IMG/VR virus record: IMGVR_UViG_3300025137_000025
Span: 1 to 64,000 of that record
Length of the DNA stretch: 64,000 nt
From: a virus
Direction: 5' to 3' (one strand)
Part shown: positions 56,001 to 64,000 of the stretch, piece by piece
How positions within the stretch are numbered: position 1 is the stretch's first letter
Layout of the letters: every line of letters begins with the position of its first letter
The notes under the pieces: model-generated
Told to the model about the DNA's origin: nothing
Databases searched by the model: none
What the model saw: the letters and a program-made list of their open reading frames with translations, nothing else
Translations under genes and position numbers: made by a program

Positions 56001-56892
56001 TGTCATTCAGATCCTTCATATCAGATATAGACACTACAAGTTTGTCTAAGAGTTCATCTTTTGTCCCAGACTCATCTTGCATACGCACCAGTTTACTCTG
56101 TAGTTGGTTAATGACCGATAAATCTCTGTTTTCTGTGTAGAAAGCATCTAGCGTTTGCTTTAAAGTAGAGATTTTAGATAAGATTGCTGCTCTATCTGAG
56201 TTAGGCATAGTTTTGTATGCAACAGAGTACTCGTCTTCCATCTTATCCATTGCTGTAGCAGCTCTTTTGCTTAGATTAAATACATAATCTACGTAATCAT
56301 AGAAGTTGTCTACTCTTTCTTTTCCAGTTGCTACTTTCCTGAGCTGTATTTTTAACAGTTCCAGCTCTCTTCTCCTATTTTTTACAGAATCTGTTTCCTC
56401 AAGTCTATTTAATCTATCTATTTGTAGCTGCAGGTTAGTAACGATTTTGTCTGTTAGATCGTCCACTTTTTCTTTCCTGTCAAATGCCTCACTGATTAAA
56501 GGGTCAACAGTTTCTTCTATTTCTTCTACTCTGTCTACTCCTTTTGTGGTAGTAGATGAATTTTGAAGATCACTTGTAGGATTCAGCAGCTCTAGGATAT
56601 TATCGTTTACAGATATGCGTGTGTCTTTTCCGGCAGGAGTTTGCATTATTAAGTCTCCCACAACTCCAAAGAACTCGCGTGCTGTATTATTTATGGTAGC
56701 TATGTCCTCTGCTACTCCATCTTGTTTTACAGCAAACAAAGCGTCTCCGTCTTCGAATACCATGTTACGAGAACGCAGCATGTTTTCAATTTTAAAACCT
56801 GCACGCGCACCGCTAGGATTATCTTCAACATAGTTAAATACCTCTGTCAGCAATGCATTTTCTACTCCCCCAACTCTATAGCTACAGCTCAT
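53056..56892 (-). CDS. Large virion cargo/ejection protein
   Basis: 1278 aa, mostly helical; MSC N-terminus; LMLFRKFL...RF...EGYY C-terminal motif; follows vRNAP as in crAss-like phages. Confidence 0.65.
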   Translation of the reverse strand: MSCSYRVGGVENALLTEVFNYVEDNPSGARAGFKIENMLRSRNMVFEDGDALFAVKQDGVAEDIATINNTAREFFGVVGDLIMQTPAGKDTRISVNDNILELLNPTSDLQNSSTTTKGVDRVEEIEETVDPLISEAFDRKEKVDDLTDKIVTNLQLQIDRLNRLEETDSVKNRRRELELLKIQLRKVATGKERVDNFYDYVDYVFNLSKRAATAMDKMEDEYSVAYKTMPNSDRAAILSKISTLKQTLDAFYTENRDLSVINQLQSKLVRMQDESGTKDELLDKLVVSISDMKDLNDRYLEIAIPIQADLLLEYAPMEVNQKFNASIEKLEAAVAKKDFNIPYEGLKRRDPRAIKIMRDTLKIGAGQERREKLMKLNIIQLKEQIVGREAIIRELRETHQDASSFSMYADPLVYNSELNIQLFANAVKSELFDAHQKTIDVKYQLEPAFKKFRAWKGVSEDRPDKFYENLFETVNIARKQEDGTIKMIPVLSFVQPYNMNRFQNAKTQAFEAAKKAHNYPKDNADLDDFFRSDNGRKYNAAVAKWYAENTEEIQGARDIIDGMLTERDNLDYARIKAFKDGKEETGKELTYQYHALELEIKKVYRRGKNGMQIVGNLTVPNQSYNNTKYTSMPAEAKEFYDVLLNIYKIQQKKLGKGGMSQNSWDNFSYILPSVRKSALDIGLEGNPGEAVTDVINDAFYLQETDTDFGELVQASGEKMKFIPRYFTNVVEEAKVSKNIVDSIVKFTDMSNRYEAKAKMLGMVNVMHDAIASRGTLTMTESGNYLTDRTAQKLGYNLELKDEGKKSNTYIALESFIDNVIYGESIKGNAKKTVLGKLSVSKLVGQASTMTALARLSGNMLQATNQLIIDSTMNAQEGWANQFYSRSDLSRARFKVLASMSSEGLSPKFNKETKLNKMLEMFDALQEHSQAFEKTTGSAVKKATDFGTAFAAQRGMEWQTTAEKMVALAISLEGTLKDKNGKVIKTKEGKEANLWDVMEINSKGRLVVNSEVANFGKKELAAFASKLNGITKRTNQLKGPIDKVLLERQNVTRPLMLFRKFLVPAYRKRFGHSTGGYHVDVELADITEGYYTTVARAIGSSLALVRRREFARAFNNLNPFSKDLSDLQRQNLKRVYHEQVYLSMLGLMTSALGAAMDDDDEFDNFAGHFAIYQAHRLKTELNAFRDPSELFRLMENPTAASQLIEDNIQLLRASKDLLFNSVGLVPDEDVYYQRRAGKMQKGDLKWTKELLDVFPIAAGLYKSVDPEQASKYYELTSKK

Positions 56893-59800
56893 TATTTACA
56901 GTTTTTATCTAGGTTAGTTTGAGTTCCTGTGTTTTTTGTCTCTCCTTTGGAAGACGTTACCCCTACCTGAGAACTGGTTATACCCTCACGTGCTGTCAAA
57001 TCTACTGCTTTTATTTTACCCCCTGATGTTTTAACCTTAACACTTGTCTCTCCATTAACATTAGACCAGAAACTAGTTTTAACTACTTTTCCTGTTGCAT
57101 CTCGCAAGTTTAGCTCTAATAAGTTATTTGGAATTCCTAAACTATGTATCTTATAGTAGACTCCGTCCTTGTACTCATACACGGATATTTTATCTACTCC
57201 TAGCTTATAATTTCTTTTAGTAGCAAATCTTGGAAAGTCCTGCTTTACACTGGCTTTAGACCCTATTAACACTTTACCTGCATCTCTAAACCCGCTAGGT
57301 ACTTTACCTATCAATGGTCTTCCTCCTATGCTGGAAGTACCATAGTTCTGGACAAAGTCAAACATAAAATCACTGAAGTATCTAGGATCTTGTTTGGCTG
57401 TGTGGAACTCTTCTCGCATATACTCCATCAAGCTTTTGCCTGTGGCCTCATCTTTAATCTGCAAGAAGAAGTCAATTGGGACAGAGTTGTAATACGTACC
57501 GAATGAAGGAGCAAGTCCAGTGGTAACTACAGAGTTGATGACTAAGCGTTTAGCTACATTCTGTATCTTTTTATTTAACTCCTCGCTGTTTTCTTGTCCT
57601 TGCGTATACAGCTCTGGGTTGTACAGAAGTTTACCAAAGTCTTGTCTAACCTTTTCCCTTGCCTCTAGCGTCATCTTCTCGGTATTTTCCATTGATATAC
57701 CCCATACCCTGTTGGTAGGTTTATCATTCCCAATACCAGGAATTGCTCTGCTTAGCATTTCATTTTCCTGCAACGTTGGAATCTCCTTTATAAGGTTCTG
57801 TATTTGCGTATTCAAGTTGTTGTTAGGGTTTAACAACATGCTTTTGATTACGTCTTTTCGCATGAACTGTGTCATAGGAGAGCCGTCCTTAGTAAGCAAG
57901 TGATAGAATAAAGCTCTGTCTGTAAATCTATGCTCTGCAGCTGTCAACTTAGTTTTACCTGTAGCTTCTTTAAGGTCTGACTTAAATTGTTTTACAGATT
58001 CGGCTCCTCCTAAGAACAACTGTGACGATATCTGCATTGATTCATCAATCATATCGTAGAAGGCACGCATAGTTCTGTATGCATCTCCTTTGAGTATTTT
58101 TTCTACTTCACTGTATCCTACAATATTGTTGTCTCCCCCTCTTCTGTAGTTCTCAAGAGTATCTAGATAAGCCATTACCTCCCCAAGGTCTCCCATACTG
58201 TCTAGATTATCTACTGCAATTACTTCATAGTAGTCAGACAAGCTATTACCTGCAGAATATGCATTAGCAAAAGCTATGAAGGCTTTCTTGGCAGACTCGC
58301 TTGTGCTATCATTAGCAGCAGTGATTGCTTTTAGCTCTGCTGTATTTACAACAGGAGTCTCCAAGTTTGGATCATTCTTAGATATCTTACTGTACATCTG
58401 CTTAGAGATGCCTAACTCATTGAACACAGTTCCTACACCAGCTGAGCTGGTTCTACGTTTCTCAACAAATTGTCGTACAAGAGGTGTGGTAAGAAGTGCA
58501 ACTACGTCAGCATCTTCAAATCCTATACTCTTTAAGTACACTGTTGCATTTAAAGTTTGTTCATTGTCATTCAACGCGGTGTGTATCAACTTAGAAGCTG
58601 CGTCGAGGGCGGCTGAAAGTCTTTCTACAATTCCATCTAGCGTTCGTTCCTGCGTGAATGGGGATAGAATATTGATCTGATTCAACAACACACCATTAAG
58701 CATAAAGTGCTTAGATGAGTTGACCATAGTTCCTGTACTAATGTACTCGGAATTAGGATCATTATACTCTGCTGCTTGTGCTGCGATGTTCCAACCTGAA
58801 ATAGCATTAGCGTATCCACCCACTAGAGTAGCTGCACTTTTGTAGTTAGATTCCATCCGTATCTCAGTCATAGGATCATCAAAGGCCATTTTTTGTTGAC
58901 CTTCTTGGACCTCATCTGCCAGAGCATTGAGAGTATCTTGAGTAAGAGGTTTGAACAAATAGGGGGCGGTCTTGGCATTAAGTAGAACTGCTTCTGATAA
59001 ATTCAACAAGTCGTTCTTTCTCTTTGCTAGTTTAGATTTTGCATTTTTATCCTGGAAGAGTCCAAACAGTTTGTCAACGTCAAAGTCACTACCAGTCTGC
59101 ACTGTTATGTTACCCGCGACTACAACTGTTTTGCTATACCCCTTTGGAAGTATACCTACTATCTTACTTGGGACATTTGAAGAGTAGTCCTGATTCGGAA
59201 TACGATACATAATGCCTGTGTCTCCCACCTTTAGCCCTAATCTGTCTGCTACGTCTTGTGAGATAAGTACTTCTGAGTGTATTACTTCCCCAGTTATTTC
59301 ATTAATATCTAAGTGTCTCAGTTCTCTTACTTCTCCCCCAATCTCCCACTTACCTGGACCCGCAACCTGTACTAGTTCTCTTCCTGGAAGCTTGATCTGA
59401 TAGACATTAGACTTGAACAAAGAGTAGATTAAACTTTCGAACTCTCTTTGGTATACTGGGAAGTACAGAGGTACGTTGAAATCGTAGCGTCCTGTTTCTA
59501 AGTCTTCTACTAACCTAAGCTGCTTATCTAAGTTAGAGTCAACTTGATTGTTCTTAAGCTTGTTATCATATATAACCTCACGTATTCTTTGCAAAAAGTT
59601 AAGACGTAACTCATTGTTGCTTGGATCTTCCTTCAAGGCTGTCCACCCAAGTTCATCAAATAACTTTTTGCCCTGCATTTGTATGATATCTTCATTGGCA
59701 TTGTGATACTCGTTGAGTAATTGCTCACCTGTAAGAGTAGTGCCGTCTGCTAAGGTATAGGTAGCTGTTTTATCTACCATTGTAGGAATGCCTTTACGAA

Positions 59801-62800
59801 TCTGGCGATTCATCTTAGCGGTCATGTCCTCTTTGTCATTGATAATTTGAGGCATGTAGAGCTTAGATCCGTCCATGTCTCTTGACTCTAGGCCATCAAA
59901 CATCTGCTCTCCTAACTCTTGATTAATCTCAAAGTTCTGTCCTTTAAATAATTTCTTTGCAGACTCCGTATTGATGATGTCAATAGGATCGTTAGGATTC
60001 ATCATTCTATTGTACATAGCAGTTAACAACTCGTTACCCTGCACAAATTCTTTTGTGAGTACAACATAGGAGTTCTTCTGCATGTCTACAGTCATTACTC
60101 CCTTATCTATTAGTCTTTCTTCTGCGTAAAACTTGTAAGCAGGAGTATACTTTGCTTTCCATTCTCCGGTTCCTGCTATATATTCATTGAACCACTGCTC
60201 ATCCTTAGCTGTCCACCTGCCCAGACCCTGTTCAATATTACGGAACATGTGTGGAGATATAAATGCCTGCGCATCTGTGTGGTCAGCACCTCTGTTGGCA
60301 GTTTTGTACTGATCTGCTATATTTCTTGCTTTCTCTGCCGCCTCTTCTATACTGTAATTTAAGTTTTCAAAGTACTTAACATACATCCTTTCTATGCGTC
60401 CAGCTATCTCATCATGGTAAGGATCAGAAATACGAATCTTCTGTATACTTGCCTCCTTAATAATTTTAGGTATGCCGTACGTAGGGTCATGTACAAATTC
60501 TCCTTCCATCATCAACTTATCTCCTGGAGTATTAAGCAAGCCCATTCTTTTATAGAATGCGGCGGTGTTTTTAAACTGCACTACTCCCCCACGAAACGCT
60601 TGAGCCATTTCTATTCTAGCTACAAGATCAGTAAGCACATATGCTTTTACTAATTCTGCAGCACCTCCGTACTTAGTTTGACTGGCGTCTATTCTAGAGC
60701 CCTTAGGTATTGACCAAGAGTTTTCTGCTTCATTAAGCTGCAGAATATTGTATTTAGCAAGCTCCTGCATAAACTGCTCATTGTATTCCTTAAACGTAGT
60801 CTCAGAGTAATTCTTTACTTGATTGTTGATTTCATCAAATACATACCTATACACTGAACTCTTTGGATTTTTTAGAGCATTTTGTATGACTTGAGATAGT
60901 TTCCCACCTTCCACTTCTGCATCTACTATACCTGATAAGTGAAACCCATTATTTTCATTTCGTGCTAGATCAGGATTAAGGCTTAGTCTTACTAAGTCTC
61001 GTATAACAATGTGAGTAAGCATAGCTCGCTCTCCTGATGCTGTCTTTGGAATACCTGCCTCTGTTATATTCTTTTTGATAGGGTTCCCAAAAGTAGGCAC
61101 CTTCAAGAAATCCATTCTACCTCTGGTTTCCTGTACAGGGAGTGGTATGTAAGAATATCCTTGTCCGTCGTTTAGAAACATGTTGATTCTAAGTATCATA
61201 GAATCTCTTTCAGACAACTTCACATACTCTACATTTTGATCGTCTTGGGTTTCATTCTGAACTACATCTAAGCTAAAGCTAGTAACGTCAAACTCTTTTT
61301 GTTCTATCAAGTACAAGAATAACGCTCTACCTTTTTCCGTTTTTCCAATAGTCATTGCCAATGAAGGGTCTTTCATCATAAGCTGGTACAGCTCTGAGTC
61401 TTTTCCTTTCTGCATGTCCTGCAACGTATCACTAAATGTGGTTGGGAGGTTATAAGGATAGATAGTCTTTCCTTTTCCGTTAACGTATGCGAGTGCTGTA
61501 GGGAGGGTAAACTCTGCGGCTATTTCTGCCAGAGCTTTAATGGTAGAACCTTCTGACTTAAAGAAGTTTACTGGAGTCTCTTTCAGTGTTGCCTTCTTTA
61601 CTATGCCTCCTTCGGTTGTAAGATTAAGAGCTTTACTTATAACAGCGTTTATTAACTTGTTATATATGATTTGGGCTTCATCTTCCGGGTTACCCTCATG
61701 CTTCTTTAAGTAGCTTAGCAGTCTAGCTTCTGCTTGTGACTTATTCCTAGCCATCCCTAGTGACGAGAACCACATAAGGTCATTTAGCGCAACTGCTTTT
61801 GCTTCTGTGCTTGATGCTTTTTGGTATTGTCCTATAGCATTTTTAATATGCTGAAGTCTTGATTTGCCTTCAATAACATTATTGTTAAACTTCAGCTTGC
61901 CTTTTGACTCTATAAATACTGCTCCTGGTCGAGTTACAATTTCAGTGGATACTGACTCTGCTTTCCAACTAGTAGCCCATCCTATTGTAGCACTTTTTCT
62001 ATCAGAGTTGATCGTCTTAACGTTCATCGCCTCTTCTATCATCTCTTCCTTTACTATTCGGTGTTCCGAGTAGGTCTTTTTAAAGAACCTAGATAATGCT
62101 GCAGCATCTGCTGCCTGTATAGGACCTTTTAAAAAGTTTGCAATAGGTTGTAATACTTTAAAGTTAGGAGCAGCTTCTATGATGTTACCTAAAATTTCTT
62201 CGTATGACTGTGATCCTACTGCAACTGCAAGTGCGGCTCTTATAGCTTCATCTACATTAACATATGTAATAAAGCCTATAGAGTTTTCTTTGGCATTTGT
62301 AATCTTAGAGAATAATCTTCTTACCTCTTCACTAACAGTCTTTGTAGGATCTTGCTCAAAGTGAGAGATGTCGAAAATCTTATCGTAATTAGTTTCTTCT
62401 TTACTTGCCAATCCTTCGTCTTCTATTAAGTCTTTTCTGACTTGTGATTTAGCAAGTCCTACGGTGTAGCCGTATTTTTTTAAGTCCATTGCGACAGCGT
62501 CTCTCCACCCAAATTTGTCTACGTTTCCTAATTCGTCTTCTACGTTAATCCAATTGTTCCACACATTGAAGTATACACTTGCAGCTTTTTTGAGCTCCGC
62601 TGTGCTTGAGTTTCGTATGAAAGACATAGGGACTGCTCCTTCAAGGACTGCATCTTTTACAGGAATACCTGCTATAAACTTATACTTTTTGGCTACTGCT
62701 CCACGCTCTTGTTTAGTTGTTGCTTTTGCAAATGCGTCAAGAGCTTCTTCGCTTACGTATGTCCCATCAGGATTAGTGATCGAATGCTTAAGAAAAAATT

Positions 62801-64000
62801 TAGCAATTCCTCCCTTGTTGTTCTCACCTGTTCCTAATAGTTCTGTAGCTAAAAGCTTTTTGTTTATACGGAAGTCTTCTAGCTCTCTGAACTGCTTTAC
62901 AAAGACGGAGCTAACACTGTCTACTACATCTTGTTGGAACTCAAAGTCTTGGTTAAAGGCGTCTACAAGTCTGTACGCTTCCTTGCCCTCAAATCTTTCA
63001 GCACTACGCTCAAACTTCTTAGGCATCTTGTTCGACTCTATAAGAGAGTAAAACTGTTGTATCTCTACTGTGTTGGTAAATAGAGCTTTAATAAAGTTAA
63101 ACAGGTCTTGAAAGAACTTTTTGATCTTACCTGGGAGAGTTTCTTCTGTACCCTGTGCTGTAAACACATAGTCTCTAAACTCCTCAGCCATCATTTCTTC
63201 TAGCTCAAGAGGTGTAGCATTTGGCAAGTTGTACTTTACTCGTGCTTCTTTGTACAGCGCTTCTCTTTGCTTATCGGTAAGCATTGTTCGGAAGCTGTAG
63301 TGAAATGCTTCGTGGTATTCAGTACCTACTTCGGCGTTGTTCCACAAGTATACCCCAGCGTTCTTCATGTAACCATGAGCAACTGAACTGCCTACTCGTA
63401 GTGCAGTATCATAAAACTCTACAGGTATACCTCTCTTCTTTAGCCATGCTTCAGCCTCAGCTCTATCCATCTTAACTATAGGATTTTCTCCAGCTAATCT
63501 AAACGGGGCATCGTCATCACTTACGTTGTCACCTAACTTCGTATTTGTGTTACTTGCACGAGACCCTAGAGATTCCTCTACTTTGGGCCCTATACTTTCA
63601 CTCCACGCAGCAGCATTTGATTTCTCTACAAAATAAACAGTGTCATCTGAGAAGTATTGAATTGCAGATACGTTTCCTAAAGCGTCATAAGCAATCTGCA
63701 CATTGTTTCCGTCTACACTAAGCGTATCTGTAAAGGCATACTTTGGAGTGAGGTCTGGTTCTTTTTCAGCTAGCCCAGGTTCTTTTTGTTGACTTTGTCC
63801 TTCTTGCTCATCTCTTCTAGCTTGCGCTTTTGCTGCAAATAACATTTCTGCAGCAGTTGGCTCTGCAGCAGGTTGGGCATTAGGTTGATGAGTAGTTATT
63901 TTTACAGATTCTGCAGTTAGCTTCTTCCCTCCCACTCTTGTCTCAGCTACATCAAAGCTTAATCCTATATCATGGTATATAGATCCGTCGACTGTAGCTA
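56892..64000 (-). CDS. Virion-packaged single-chain RNA polymerase (crAss-like vRNAP), 5' end beyond window
   Basis: Catalytic GSDFDVDKL, YRIPNQ, TDAQAFI, KLF.G; frame open from 63935 to the window edge; zincin-like HEAFH near the N-terminal side. Confidence 0.88.
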   Translation of the reverse strand, partial: ATVDGSIYHDIGLSFDVAETRVGGKKLTAESVKITTHQPNAQPAAEPTAAEMLFAAKAQARRDEQEGQSQQKEPGLAEKEPDLTPKYAFTDTLSVDGNNVQIAYDALGNVSAIQYFSDDTVYFVEKSNAAAWSESIGPKVEESLGSRASNTNTKLGDNVSDDDAPFRLAGENPIVKMDRAEAEAWLKKRGIPVEFYDTALRVGSSVAHGYMKNAGVYLWNNAEVGTEYHEAFHYSFRTMLTDKQREALYKEARVKYNLPNATPLELEEMMAEEFRDYVFTAQGTEETLPGKIKKFFQDLFNFIKALFTNTVEIQQFYSLIESNKMPKKFERSAERFEGKEAYRLVDAFNQDFEFQQDVVDSVSSVFVKQFRELEDFRINKKLLATELLGTGENNKGGIAKFFLKHSITNPDGTYVSEEALDAFAKATTKQERGAVAKKYKFIAGIPVKDAVLEGAVPMSFIRNSSTAELKKAASVYFNVWNNWINVEDELGNVDKFGWRDAVAMDLKKYGYTVGLAKSQVRKDLIEDEGLASKEETNYDKIFDISHFEQDPTKTVSEEVRRLFSKITNAKENSIGFITYVNVDEAIRAALAVAVGSQSYEEILGNIIEAAPNFKVLQPIANFLKGPIQAADAAALSRFFKKTYSEHRIVKEEMIEEAMNVKTINSDRKSATIGWATSWKAESVSTEIVTRPGAVFIESKGKLKFNNNVIEGKSRLQHIKNAIGQYQKASSTEAKAVALNDLMWFSSLGMARNKSQAEARLLSYLKKHEGNPEDEAQIIYNKLINAVISKALNLTTEGGIVKKATLKETPVNFFKSEGSTIKALAEIAAEFTLPTALAYVNGKGKTIYPYNLPTTFSDTLQDMQKGKDSELYQLMMKDPSLAMTIGKTEKGRALFLYLIEQKEFDVTSFSLDVVQNETQDDQNVEYVKLSERDSMILRINMFLNDGQGYSYIPLPVQETRGRMDFLKVPTFGNPIKKNITEAGIPKTASGERAMLTHIVIRDLVRLSLNPDLARNENNGFHLSGIVDAEVEGGKLSQVIQNALKNPKSSVYRYVFDEINNQVKNYSETTFKEYNEQFMQELAKYNILQLNEAENSWSIPKGSRIDASQTKYGGAAELVKAYVLTDLVARIEMAQAFRGGVVQFKNTAAFYKRMGLLNTPGDKLMMEGEFVHDPTYGIPKIIKEASIQKIRISDPYHDEIAGRIERMYVKYFENLNYSIEEAAEKARNIADQYKTANRGADHTDAQAFISPHMFRNIEQGLGRWTAKDEQWFNEYIAGTGEWKAKYTPAYKFYAEERLIDKGVMTVDMQKNSYVVLTKEFVQGNELLTAMYNRMMNPNDPIDIINTESAKKLFKGQNFEINQELGEQMFDGLESRDMDGSKLYMPQIINDKEDMTAKMNRQIRKGIPTMVDKTATYTLADGTTLTGEQLLNEYHNANEDIIQMQGKKLFDELGWTALKEDPSNNELRLNFLQRIREVIYDNKLKNNQVDSNLDKQLRLVEDLETGRYDFNVPLYFPVYQREFESLIYSLFKSNVYQIKLPGRELVQVAGPGKWEIGGEVRELRHLDINEITGEVIHSEVLISQDVADRLGLKVGDTGIMYRIPNQDYSSNVPSKIVGILPKGYSKTVVVAGNITVQTGSDFDVDKLFGLFQDKNAKSKLAKRKNDLLNLSEAVLLNAKTAPYLFKPLTQDTLNALADEVQEGQQKMAFDDPMTEIRMESNYKSAATLVGGYANAISGWNIAAQAAEYNDPNSEYISTGTMVNSSKHFMLNGVLLNQINILSPFTQERTLDGIVERLSAALDAASKLIHTALNDNEQTLNATVYLKSIGFEDADVVALLTTPLVRQFVEKRRTSSAGVGTVFNELGISKQMYSKISKNDPNLETPVVNTAELKAITAANDSTSESAKKAFIAFANAYSAGNSLSDYYEVIAVDNLDSMGDLGEVMAYLDTLENYRRGGDNNIVGYSEVEKILKGDAYRTMRAFYDMIDESMQISSQLFLGGAESVKQFKSDLKEATGKTKLTAAEHRFTDRALFYHLLTKDGSPMTQFMRKDVIKSMLLNPNNNLNTQIQNLIKEIPTLQENEMLSRAIPGIGNDKPTNRVWGISMENTEKMTLEAREKVRQDFGKLLYNPELYTQGQENSEELNKKIQNVAKRLVINSVVTTGLAPSFGTYYNSVPIDFFLQIKDEATGKSLMEYMREEFHTAKQDPRYFSDFMFDFVQNYGTSSIGGRPLIGKVPSGFRDAGKVLIGSKASVKQDFPRFATKRNYKLGVDKISVYEYKDGVYYKIHSLGIPNNLLELNLRDATGKVVKTSFWSNVNGETSVKVKTSGGKIKAVDLTAREGITSSQVGVTSSKGETKNTGTQTNLDKNCK

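Overview
This window is about 64 kb of a lytic, crAss-like (Crassvirales-type) podophage of a Bacteroidota host, probably an aquatic Flavobacteriales. It uses the standard genetic code. There are three blocks. (1) 1-33.85 kb, minus strand, late genes: tail fibres, ring/hub proteins, auxiliary and major capsid proteins, scaffold-like protein, portal, terminase, GroES, and a holin-to-endolysin cassette. (2) 33.9-53.0 kb, plus strand, early and replication genes: small ORFs, PolA, 3 tRNAs, DnaA-IV protein, SF2 helicase, DnaB, AAA ATPase, primase, endonuclease, RIIA/RIIB, 5'-3' exonuclease and UDG. (3) 53.05-64 kb, minus strand: a giant virion RNA polymerase (DFDVD motif, open beyond the window) and a cargo protein. 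The strongest candidate for a new system lies between the holin and the endolysin. It is a phage-encoded cell-envelope module with two type IX secretion (T9SS) cargo proteins (one type-A CTD, one type-B CTD carrying 11 tandem D-T-[ILV] Bacteroidota O-glycosylation sequons), an outer-membrane beta-barrel, a TM/coiled-coil protein and a redox-dead thioredoxin fold. Just upstream are a ~210-nt structured non-coding RNA and an unannotated peptide resembling a free ribonucleotide-reductase C-terminal tail. Other candidates are a modular, QxGG-punctuated protein (DUF192-like / pre-toxin-like / lysozyme-like) between portal and scaffold, a 56-nt mini-cloverleaf RNA among the tRNAs, and a promoter-hairpin-terminator small RNA in the tail operon. 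All family assignments are from motif recognition by eye. No database searches were run.
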